This document shows positions 51,896-64,000 of a stretch of 64,000 bases of DNA, in pieces. Every line of letters starts with the position of its first letter. The stretch's first letter is position 1. The DNA is from Octopus sinensis (lineage: Eukaryota), in assembly GCF_006345805.1 (NCBI RefSeq), contig NC_042999.1, forward strand, positions 156,178,001 to 156,242,000, read 5' to 3'. Position numbers and translations under genes: made by a program. The notes below the pieces were generated by a model. It did no database searches and had not been told where the DNA came from. It saw only the letters and a program-made list of their open reading frames with translations.

Positions 51896-54800
51896 TATAT
51901 ATATATATGTTAGTGTCATGCTATTCCTGTTTGAAAATTATTTTGAGAGTTCATTTGTCCGCAATTCTCAGTCATGATTACTTGTTCTTGAATGAACAGG
52001 TAACTCAGTTAATCAAACATGCATAGTAATTTTGCACACCCAAAAAAGAAAAGGATCTGTTCATGTCTTCACGTGTGCAAGTGCTAGTCGTGACATGATG
52101 TATTAATATGTATGACATAATACTGTGTCAACAGTCATGATGTACAATAAGAATTAAGAAAGTACATCTTATTACTAGGTCAATGGGTTTAAAGATATTT
52201 TGATAAAAGAAAATGCTTGCTTACACTCAAACACACACATACATATGTATTAGACATACACACACACCCCCATATATATATATATATGACAGGCTTCTTT
52301 CAGTTTCTTATTTCTTTACTGCCCACAAGGGGCTACACACAGAGGGGACAAACGGATTAAGTCGATTATATCGACCCCAGTGCGTAACTGGTACTTATTT
52401 AATCGATCCTGAAAGGATGAAAGGCAAAGTCGACCTCGGCCGAATTTGAACTCAGAACGTAGCGGCAGACGAAATACCTATTTCTTTACTACCCACAAGG
52501 GGCTAAACACAGGGAGAACAAACGGATTAAGTCAATTAGATCAACCCCAGTGCATAACTGGTACTTATTTAATGGATGAAAGGCAAAGTTGACCTCGGCG
52601 GAATTTGAACTCAGAACGTAGCGGCAGATGAAATACCGCTGAGCATTTCGCCCAGCGTGCAAACGTTTCTGTCTACAAAATCCACTCACAAGGCTTTGGT
52701 CAGCCTGAGGCTAAAGTAGAAAACACCTTTCTGAAGTGGAACTGAACTTGGTTGGTAAGCAAGCTACTTACCACGCAGCTACTCCTGAGCATGCACACAC
52801 ACACACACACACACATACAGAGGTGGGCACCGTTAACCGAAAAGTTAACTTCGTTAATTCTTTGAAAATGTAACGGAAGTAACATTAACTTTTATCGAAA
52901 AAATGCATATCTACAGTTTGATACCCCATCGACTTCATTGCCTCAACATGCCATGTTTGAGGAGACTTATTGAGTCAAGTACATGAACATCAGCAATATC
53001 AAAATGAAGTCAAATAGAGATTATAGTGGTGAGCCCCATGCCGGTAGCACATAAAAAGCCCCATCAGAACATGGTCGATGCCAGCTCCTCTGGCCCCTGT
53101 GCCAGTGGACATAAAAAGCACCCGCTACACTTTCAGAGTGGTTGGTGTTAGGAAGGGCATCCAGCTGTAGAAAGAGCCAGATCAGATTGGGGCCTAGTGC
53201 AACCTCCTTGCTTCCCAGACCCCAGTCGAACCGTCCAACACACACATGTACACATGCACATACATATACGACAGGCTTCTTTCAGTTTCCATTTACCAAA
53301 TCCACTCACAAGGTTTAGGTCAGTCCAAAGCTATAGCAGAAGACACTTGCCCAAGGTACCATGAGGTAGGACTGAACCCGGAACTATGTAGTTGAGAAGC
53401 AAGCTTCTTACCACATAGCCATGTTTAACATAACAGCAAAAATTCCTCAAATAACTCTTTCTGTAGACGGGAGATATTGTATAATGTAGTCATAGACAAA
53501 TCATCATCATCATCGTTTAACGTCCGTTCTCCATGCTAGCATGGGTTGGACGGTTCGACCGGAATCTGGGAAGCCAGGAGGCTGCACCAGGCTCCAGTCT
53601 GATCTGGCAGTGTTTCTACAGCTGGATGCCCTTCCTAATGCCAACCACTCCGTGAGTGTAGTGGGTGCTTTTTACATGCCACTGGCACAGGTGCCAGGCA
53701 AGGCTGGCAATGGCCACGATCGGATTGGTGCTTTTTACGTGCCATCGGCACGGAAGCCAGTCAAGGTGGCGCTGGCTAGCTGAAAAAAAGATAGGATTGT
53801 CATGGCTTGAATGCCAGATCAAATTCACTTGGTTGAGCCATCATATGTGGTGTTGAACAATTTATAAGTACATAGGGTGTGACTGATGTAATCAACTATA
53901 TTTTGGCTATAAGTGGCTGATACCTGTCATAGATTAAAAGAATGAATATTTACAGTCCACAACATATCTTACTCTTTATTGATTTCTGAGTATTGTACTA
54001 AAATGTTATATTTTCTCATTTCATATCCTTTTATATCAGGTTGCTTCTTTGATACAGACTAAATAAGTATTACACCGAAACAAATTTCAATAATTGTAAT
54101 GTAATTCGAGGCTTCGTTTGGAAGTGACTATATACACACTCATTATATACACTTCATTTGACTAAATATATTTCTTCATCATCAGCATCATCATCATCGT
54201 TTAACGTCCGCTTTCCATGCTAGCATGAGTTGGATGAATGATTGAGGGCTGGCAAACCAGATGGCTGCAATCTTGATCTGGCAGAGTTTCTACAGCTGGA
54301 TGCCCTTCCTAACGCCAACCACTCCGAGAGTGTAGTGGGTCCTTTTTACGTACCACCAGCACAGGGCCAGTCAGGCAGTACTGGCAACGACCTCGCTCGA
54401 ATCTTTTACACATGCCACCGGCATAAGTGCCAGTAAGGCGATGCAGGTAACGATCACGCTTGGATGGTGCTCTTAATACCCTACTAGCACGGGGCTCGAG
54501 TGCCAGTAAGGCAACGCTGGTAACGATCACACTCGAATGGTGCTTTTTAAGTGCCACCGGTACTGAAGCCAGTTAGCCACTCTGTCAATAATCACACTCT
54601 TCTATTCTTTATTATTTTATTGGTTTTACTGTGAGTGGTGAATTAACAGAATTATTAGTGTTGGGGAAAAATGCCTATGGTATTCGTTTTCAGCTTTTTA
54701 GTTCTGAATTTCATTCAAATCCTGTTGAGGTCAACTTTGCTTTTCTTTCCTTGAGAACTGATGAAGTCAAGTACTAGGGGATGTGTTGTGGATTGACTAA

Positions 54801-54906
54801 CCTTCTCCTTTCAAAACTGCTGGCCTTGTGCCTAAATTAGAAATCATTATTTTATTGGTTTCTATAATTTTCTTTAATTTCAAAGTGGAGTTCTACTAAT
54901 ACTTAA

Positions 54907-55041
54907 GGTATTTGCAAAGGGAGGTCATCCTTCCCCCGTCAACCTAAGTGATACGCACGGACTGCAGTTTCTAGGTACTGACCTGTCATCAGCGTACGAC
55001 AATCACCGGTTTTCAATGAAAGGGGTCCCAATGCAAATACC
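54907..55041. mobile_element. Short MITE with TTAA TSD (Kolobok-like)
   Basis: TTAA|GGTATTTGCA...TGCAAATACC|TTAA. Confidence 0.6.
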
Positions 55042-58000
55042 TTAAGGGCACAGAAAGTGTGCCTAAAGCCAGCTGGAGACGATGTTCTCCTGGGGCTACA
55101 GGCTACAGTAACATCCACCCTTAGTGGTTAGCCATATTGAGATGGCAAATATACCTCACATTGTCCTGCAGTTACTATTTATACCTCGTTCAGAGATTTA
55201 TTATTAAAAGTATTTAGTTTGCTCTGAATTTTTCCAAAGTATTTTCCAATATTTACTTCAGATCTTTGCTCTCCATGAAGCATAGGCCATTAATTATATT
55301 TGTCCACAGTTCTCAATTCTGGGCTGTTTTTTTTAAGGCCTTCCATTTTCAGGTCTTGTTGGTTTTGAATAGTCATTGATGCTTATTCTTTTATTTTACT
55401 TCTTTCAGTCATTTGACTGTGGCCATACTGGAGCAATACCTTGAAGTGTGCTTTAGTCAAACCCTGGACTTTTTTTTAAAACCTAGTACTTATTCTATCA
55501 GTCTCTTTTGCAGAACTTCTAATTTACAGGGATGTAAACACACTAACACCAGTTGTCAAGCATGATGGGGGTGCACACACACACGAACAAACAAACAAAC
55601 ATACACACACATGACAGGCTACTTTCAGTTTGTGTACCAAATCTACTCACAAGGCTTTGGTTGGCCTAAGGCTATAGTAGAAGACACTTACTTAAGGTGC
55701 CATGCAGTGGGACTGAACCCAGAACCATGTGGTTGGGAAGCAAGCTTCTTACCACACAGCCACACCTGTGCCTATGTGCTTTTTAGTTAGGAATGTTGGT
55801 CTAATGCAGTTCAATTTTCACCACTGGAAAGCAGTGGTCCATATTACTCTGGCTTCTCTCTTTTGACCTGTCCAACATGGGAATCTCTATCAGAAGCTTG
55901 TGCGCCACTGGCACAACTCTTAGGGTCATTGAGGCACAGATGCCTCCACACTGCAATAAGGACTGGACTTTGTGGTAGTATTTTCCAATAACTTCTCAAT
56001 TTGCAAACTAGCTCGTTAAGAAAATCTCAGTTACTATGTTGAAAAGTAATGTTTATCACCACGGATGTTAAATAATGATGAGTATGTTGTGAATATAAGA
56101 AATAGGAACCAATGCCAACACCAATTTTTTACCAGCATGCTAAAGGTAAAAATGGTTCATTTGATAAAAAAACATTAAGGTCAAAACTATTGAAAAGGTT
56201 GCAATAGAAATTTTACCCATGAGTGTGTTATATTCACGTGATCACGTGACCAACCAGACCATCAGATGTTGTTACACATCGCTGGTCACAATGCGCTCGC
56301 ATTGTTTTTTAGCCTTTGAATGACGCCACCCCGCTGGCTAAGCGAGCAGGCCAACAGAAGAAAGAGTGGTGAAAGAGTACAGCAGGGATCACCACCCCCT
56401 ACCAGAGCATCGTGGAGCTTTTAGGTGTTTTTGCTCAATAAACACTCACAACGTCTGGTCTGGGAATCGAAACCGCGATCCTGCGACCGCAAGTCCGCTG
56501 CCCTAACCACTGGGCCATTGCGCCTCCATGTGTGTTATATTATAAGGCACAAAAAGAAAATGACTCTCCCCAGATACAACAGAATATGCTTCAACACACG
56601 AACTCATATAAAGAATCTTGCAAACCAAATCCAAAAACGAAACTTTATGGTAAATATCTTTTCAATACATTCACACAGCCCAACACTAAGACAAATTATT
56701 CTTTCCTACTTTAGGCACAAGGCTCGAAATTGGGCGGGGGAGAGGCAGTCGATTAGATTGATCCCAGTATGCAACTGGTACTTAATTTATCGCCCCTGAA
56801 AGGATGAAAGACAAAGTCAACCTCAGAGGAATTTGAACTCAGAACGTAAAGACAAAAAATACTTATTTCTTTATTGCCCACAAGAGACTAAACATAGAGG
56901 GGATAAACAAGGACAGACAAACGGATTAAGTCGATTACATTGACCCCAGTGCGTCACTGGTACTTAATTTATCGACCCCGAAAGGATGAAAGGCAAAGTC
57001 AACCTCAGAGGAATTTGAACTCAGAACGTAAAGACAGACAAAATACTTATTTCTTTATTGCCCACAAGGGGCTAAATATAGAAGGGACAAACTAAGACAG
57101 ACAGAGGGATTAAGTCGATTACATTGACCCCAGTATGTAACTGGTACTTAATTTATCGACGCTGAAAGGATGAAAGGCAAAGTCAACCTCAGAGGAATTT
57201 GAACTCAGAACATAAAGACAGACAAAATACTGCTAAGCATTTCGCCTGGCGTGCTAACATTTCTGCCAGCTCACTGCCTTTACACTAAGACAAATTATTG
57301 AAACAATATACATACCAGAGGCACAATTCATACACTCTCTTAACAGAAAGTATGAACGCAACAACAACAGCAGTGGAGGCGCATTGGCCCAATGGTTAGG
57401 GCAGCGGACTCGCGGTTTCGATTCCCAGACCGGGCGTTGTGTGTGTTTATTGAGCGAAAACACCTAAAGCTCAACGAGGCTCCAGCATGGGGTGGTGGCG
57501 ACCCCTGTTGTACTCTTTCACCCCAACTTTCTCTCACTCTTTCTTCTTGTTTCTTGTCCCCGACTTCCTACGCAACCGCTGAACCTGGATGCGCATTCAT
57601 CCATGCGATGCTCTCGGTGTTGGGGGTTTGACCTGCTTTCTCTTCTGCAGGTCTTACGAATAGCAAAGGATCACGTTTCGGACTTCTCCCACTTCAGAGG
57701 CGTGATCTTGCAAGCTCTGGGACGAAGACCGCTTCGCTCAACAGCAACAGCAACAAGAGCATCAGTACCATCACCAGCACTGCCACCACCATCACCAGAC
57801 GATGGTCTAGACATAATTAGCTCATTACTGCCTACACAAAAACATATAATTTCACACGATTTAAGGCAGTATGACATTGACTATCATAATGTAATACAAT
57901 ATAAAAAAAACAAACAAAATTAACCTATTAAACATAAGTGACAGTATGTGGACTGGTTGTTAAGGTGTCACACTCAAGGTCATAATATCAGTTTCAATTC

Positions 58001-60354
58001 CTGGACAGGGTGGGGGTGCTGAGTATTTGAGCAAAACACTTCATTTCACATTGTTCCAGTCCACTCAGCTGTAAATGAGTCACTATGTATGTATGTATGA
58101 ATTATCAACATCATGGGTTACGGGGACATACACAAACCAACACCAGTTGCCAAGGGGTGTTGGACAAACAGAAACAAAAACACACATACAAATACACACA
58201 CACACACATATACAACAGGCTTCTTTCAGTCTGTGCAGGCTTTTGCCTGGCTGGCTCCTGTGATACCGTCCCACCCATGCTAGCATGGAAGGTGGAAGTT
58301 AAACAATGATGATGATGATGATGATATCTTTTATATTTTACTTGCTTTGGTCATTAGACTGCAGCCATGCTGGCGCACTGCCTTGAAGTTGTTTTAATAA
58401 AACAAATTGACCCCAAGACATTTTTTTAAGCTTGGGGCTTATTCTATTGTCTCTTTTGCCAAGCCACTAAGTTATGGGGACATAAACCCACCAACAACAG
58501 TTGTCAAGCTGTGGTGGGAGACTAAGAGAAACAAACACACACACACACAACAGGCTTCTTTCAGTTTCCATCTACCGAATCCACTCACAAGGCTTAGTTT
58601 GACCCGAGGCTATAGCAGAAGGCACTTACTGAAGGTGCCATGCAATGGGACTGAACCCAGAACCATGGAGTTGGGGAGCAAGCTTCTTACCACACAGCCA
58701 CACTTATTAATATTATATATTAAAGTTTAATAGGCACCAAGCTGGCATACATAGTTAGCATGCCGGGTGAAATGCATAGCCGTATTTTGTCTGTCGTTAC
58801 GTTCTGAGTTCAAATTCCGCCAAGGTCAACTTTGCCTTTCATCCTTTCGGGGTCGATAAATTAAGTACCAGTTATGCACTGGGGTCGATGTAATCGACTT
58901 AATCCCTTTGTCTGTCCTTGTTTATCCCCTCTTTGTTTAGCCCCTTCATCATCATCATTATCATCGTTTAACGTCCGTTTTCCGCGCTAGCACGGGTTGG
59001 ACGGTTCGACCGGGGTCTGGGAAGCCAGGGGCTGCACCAGGCTCCAGTCTGATCTGGCAGTGTTTCTACAGCTGGATGCCCTTCCTAACGCCAACCACTC
59101 CGCGAGTGTAGTGGGTGCTTTTTAAGTGCCACCTGCACAGGTGCCAGTGGGGTCTGGCATCGGCCACGATCGGTTGGTGCTTTTAACGTGCCACCGTCAC
59201 GGAAGCCAGCCAAGGCGGTGCTGGCGTCGGCCACGTTCGGATGGTGCCTTTTATGTGCCACCGGCACAGAAGCCAGTTGAGGCGGCGCTGGCATCGGCCA
59301 CGTTCAGATGGTGCTTTTTATGTGTCACCAGCACAGAAGCCAGTCGAGGCGGCGCTGGCAACGGCCACGTTTGGATGGTGCTTTTTATGTGCCACCCTTC
59401 ATCATCATCGTTTAACGTCCGCTTTCCATGCTAGCATGGGTTGGACCCTTGTGGGTAGTAAAGAAATATATATATTAAAGTTTGTTTTCATATCAAATCA
59501 TATTCAAAGACAGTTTAACATTAAACGGAAAATTTACTGTTAAATATTTTTTACTCAGTATTTTTCAGTAGAGTAAACATTTATTAAATTTTGTAGACAG
59601 CATCTTCAAAATTTTGGCTAGTTTGTCTTCATCAGACAGTCTATGGAGGCAGGCAATCCAAAACTTTGAAGTCACTGCCAGTAAGTTCTTTGAAAAATTC
59701 ATCTGTAAATATGTGTGTGTATGTGTAGGCGATATCCTTGTAGATATCACAAATCATAAACAGGATTTGACTTCAACCCCAGACACTTTTCTACTTGAAG
59801 ATGTTTGGATCATCTGCAAAGCCGGATTTTCCAATTCATAGGAAATCCTATCACAGGATATACTAATTCTTCTGTAAAAGAGTGGCAATCACCATTTATT
59901 TATTTATGTATGTATGTATGTATGTATGTATGTATGTGTGTGTGCGTGTGTGCATGCGTGCGTGCATGTATGTATGTATGTATGTATGTATGTATGTATG
60001 TATGTATGTATGTATGTATGTATGTATGTATGTATGTATGTATGTATGTATGTATGTATGTATGTATGTATGTATGTATGTATGCATGCATGCATTTGTA
60101 TATATACATATGTGGTGGTGACGATGATGATGATAATTAATACATCCATGCATGCATGAATACATACATACATACAATGTATGCAAACATGAATGCATGA
60201 GTGTGTGTGTGGATGGGTACTTGTATGTAAACATGTGTATAAAAATAGCTTGGATAAATATTTGTAATGAGACATGATAATTAGTGCTGTCAACATACAT
60301 GAGTGTGTGTGTGTGTGTAAATAAATGTCAAGTCACAAAATTAAGCTAAACCCA

Positions 60355-60385
<31 letters not shown>

Positions 60386-61158
60386 TGTGACCTAAAATGG
60401 CGATCATATGTTGAAATCCCCAGTTAACATATTTCCTCGTAACTCTGCACTTTAGAAGGCAAGTGGAATAAAGGAATTCCTTACTTGAAAAACAAGCATT
60501 GGTTAACAATAATGGCTTAGAAATAAGTATTCATCCAACCCTTACTGACATGGAAAACCAGATGTAAAACAAACCAACAACTACAAAAAAGTAGACTAAC
60601 TAGACCGTGTGTATGTGTGTGTTAGCTGAAATTTATAGAAAAACAAAACACGAAGATAGGTTTATGAACAACAACCAAGTGTATTAATTTGAAACTCGGG
60701 AAAAATGAATATATATTCTTTTCTTTTTATTCTTTTACTTGTTTCAGTCATTTAACTGTGGCCATGCTGGAGCACCACCTTTAGTCGAGCAAATCAACCC
60801 CCAGGACTTATTCTTTGTAAGCCTAGTACTTATTCTATCGGTCTCTTTGCCGAACCGCTAAGTGACGGGGAAGTAAACACACCAGCATCGTTTGTCAAGC
60901 GACATTGAGGGGCAAACACAAACATATACGCACATACACACACACACATATATACCACGGGCTTCTTTCAGTTTCCGTCTATGAAATCCGCTCACAAGGC
61001 TTTGGTCAACCCGAGGTTATAGTAGAAGACATTTGCCCAAGGTGTCACACAGTGGGACTGAACCCAGAACCATGTGGTTGGTAAGCAAGCTACTTACCAC
61101 ACAACCACTCCTGCGCCTATATATATATATATAATATATATATATATACATACATACA

Positions 61159-61231
<73 letters not shown>

Positions 61232-61232
61232 C

Positions 61233-61750
61233 ATGTATCCGGTGTAAGCTATAGACACATAAGAGGTGCAACAATATCAAAGGAAGGCTACTGGGAAGAT
61301 AGTTTTTGTGTGTGGCTTCCATTACATACCATGGGGAAAAACTAGAAGTAGTTGATAGCGTCCGTTACCTAGGTGACCAAGTCAGTAGTGGGGATGGGTA
61401 CTCTGAGAGTGTAGCTGCTACAATGAGAATAACCTGGGCAAAGTTCAGAGAGTTCCTACCTCTGCTGGTGACAAAGGGCCTCTCGCTCAGAGTAAAAGGT
61501 AGACTGTATGACGCATGTGTGCAAACAGCCATGCTACACAGCAGTGAATCATTGGCTGTGACTGCTGAGGACATGCATAAGCTTGCTAGAAATGAAGCTA
61601 GTATGCTCTGCTGGATGAGTAATGTCAGTGTGCATACACGAAAGAGTGTAAGCGACCCGAGAGAAAAGTTGGACATAAGAAGCATCAGATGTGGTGTGCA
61701 AGAGAGATGACTGTGCTGGTATGATTGTGTGTTGCATATGGATGAGGAGA
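61233..61750 (+). mobile_element. RTE LINE fragment (duplication unit 1)
   Basis: KLEVVDSVRYLGDQVSS...SIRCGVQER. Confidence 0.85.
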
Positions 61751-62322
61751 CCCAGCAAGCCAAGTGAGACCGTAACCGTGGCTTATACCAGTGCAGCATA
61801 ACCGGCCCAATCTGTAAATATGTGTGTGTATGTGTAGGCAATATGCTAGTACACATCACATATCATAAACAGGATTTGACTTCAATCCCAAACACTTTTC
61901 TACTTGAAGATGTTTGGATCATCTGCAAAGCCGGATTTCCCAGTTCATAGGAGATCTTATCACAGGATATACTAATTCTTCTGTAAAAGAGTGGCAATCA
62001 CCATTTATTTATTTATTTATTTATGTATTTATGTATGCATGCATGTATGTATGTTTGTATGTATGCGAATGTATTTGTATATGTACATATGTAGTGGTGA
62101 TGATGATGATTAACACATCCATGCATGCATGAATATATATACATACATACAATGTATGCAAACATGAATGCATGAGTGTGTGTGTGGGTGGGTACTTGTA
62201 TGTAAACATATGTATAAAAATAGCTTGGATAAATATTGGCAATGAGACATGATAATTAGTGCTGTCAACATACATGAGTGCGTGTGTGTGTAAATAAATG
62301 TCAAGTCACAAAATTAAGCTAA

Positions 62323-62353
<31 letters not shown>

Positions 62354-63114
62354 TCTGACCTAAAATGGTGATCATATGTTGAAATTCCCAGTTAACATAT
62401 TTCCTTGTAACTCTGCACTTTAGAAGGCAAGTGGAATAAAGGAATTCCTTACTTGAAAAGCAAGCATTGGTTAACAATAATGGCTTAGAAATAAGTATTC
62501 ATCCAACCCTTACTGACATGGAAAACCAGATGTAAAACAAACCAACAACTATAAAAAAGTAGACTAACTAGACCGTGTGTATGTGTGTATGTGTGTGTTA
62601 GCTGAAATTTATAGAAAAACAAAACACGAAGATAGGTTTATGAACAACAGCCAAGTGTATCAATTTGACACTCGGGAAAAATGAATATATATTCTTTTCT
62701 TTTTATTCTTTTACTTGTTTCAGTCATTTGACTGTGGCCATGCTGGAGCACCGCCTGTAGTCGAGCAAATCGACCCCAGGACTTATTGTTTGTAAGCCTA
62801 GTACTTATTCTATCGGTCTCTCTTGCCAAACCACTAAGTGACGGGGAAGTAAACACACCAGCATCGTTTGACAAGTGACGTTGGAGGGCAAGCACAAACA
62901 TACACACACACACATATATATATACGAAGGGCTTCTTTCAGTTTCCCTCTACGAAATCTGCTCACAAGACTTTGGTCAGCCCGAGGCTATAGTAGAAGAC
63001 ACTTGCCCAAGGTGCCACACAGTGGAACTGAACCCAGAACCATGTGGTTGGTAAGCAAGCTACTTACCACACAGCCACTCCTGCGCCTATATATATATAT
63101 ACATACATACATAA

Positions 63115-63149
<35 letters not shown>

Positions 63150-63151
63150 AC

Positions 63152-63670
63152 ATGTATCTGGTGTAAGCTATAGACACATAAGAGGTGCAACAATATCAAA
63201 GGAAGGCTACTGGGAAGATAGTTTTTGTGTGTGGCTTCCATTACATACCATGGGGAAAAACTAGAAGTAGTTGATAGCGTCCGTTACCTAGGTGACCAAG
63301 TCAGTAGTGGAGGTGGGTGCTCTGAGAGTGTAGCTGCTACAATGAGAATAACCTGGGCAAAGTTCAGAGAGTTCCTATCTCTGCTGGTGACAAAGGGCCT
63401 CCCGCTCAGAGTAAAAGGTAGACTGTATGACGCATGTGTGCAAACAGCCATGCTACACAGCAGTGAATCATTGGCTGTGACTGCTGAGGACATGCATAAG
63501 CTTGCTAGAAATGAAGCTAGTATGCTCTGCTGGATGAGTAATGTCAGTGTGCATACACGAAAGAGTGTAAGCGACCCGAGAGAAAAGTTGGACATAAGAA
63601 GCATCAGATGTGGTGTGCAAGAGAGATGACTGTGCTGGTATGATTGTGTGTTGCATATGGATGAGGAGAC
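63152..63670 (+). mobile_element. RTE LINE fragment (duplication unit 2)
   Basis: Near-identical to 61233-61750. Confidence 0.85.
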
Positions 63671-64000
63671 CCAGCAAGCCAAGTGAGACCATAACCGTGG
63701 CTTATACCAGTGCAGCATAACTGGCCCAATCTGTAAATATGTGTGTGTATGTGTAGGCAATATGCTAGTACACATCACATATCATAAACAGGATTTGACT
63801 TCAATCCCAAACACTTTTCTACTTGAAGATGTTTGGATCATCTGCAAAGCCGGATTTCCCAGTTCATAGATCTTATCACAGGATATACTAATTCTTCTGT
63901 AAAAGAGTGGCAATCACCATATATGTAAGTATGTGTGTATGTGTATGTATATATTTGTGTATGTGTGTGTGAGGATGTATGCATGTATGTGGAGTGTGTA

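Larger units (their letters stand above)
59701..63920. repeat. Tandem segmental duplication of ~2 kb (59701-61809, 61810-63728, partial from 63729)
   Basis: Each unit begins ATCTGTAAATATGTGTGTGT; both complete units hold the same unique sequence, microsatellites, SINE A and RTE fragment. Confidence 0.93.

Overview
AT-rich, repeat-dense eukaryotic DNA, probably octopus or another cephalopod (inferred from the SINE types and the (TA)n/(ATG)n microsatellite load). The main feature is a minus-strand Janus kinase (JAK/hopscotch-like) gene. I traced 13 coding exons from ATG 35890 down to 3165, all with GT-AG junctions and matching phases (2650 nt, about 883 aa). They encode FERM, SH2-like, pseudokinase (HGN/DAG) and the N-lobe of the tyrosine kinase; the gene continues off the left edge. 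Introns and flanks hold several SINE families, RTE and CR1-type LINE remnants, mariner, Tigger and piggyBac relics, Merlin-like, Kolobok-like and Helitron-like non-autonomous elements, purine-rich minisatellites and a ~2 kb tandem duplication at the right end. The most unusual structure is in the first coding intron (30598-31508). There a foldback element carries a type I hammerhead ribozyme motif, and a head-to-head pair of tRNA-headed elements, each with its own hammerhead motif, has inserted into its loop II. A cluster of STAT-type motifs lies in the probable 5' regulatory region of the JAK gene. Nearly all entries in the ORF track are repeat-derived noise.
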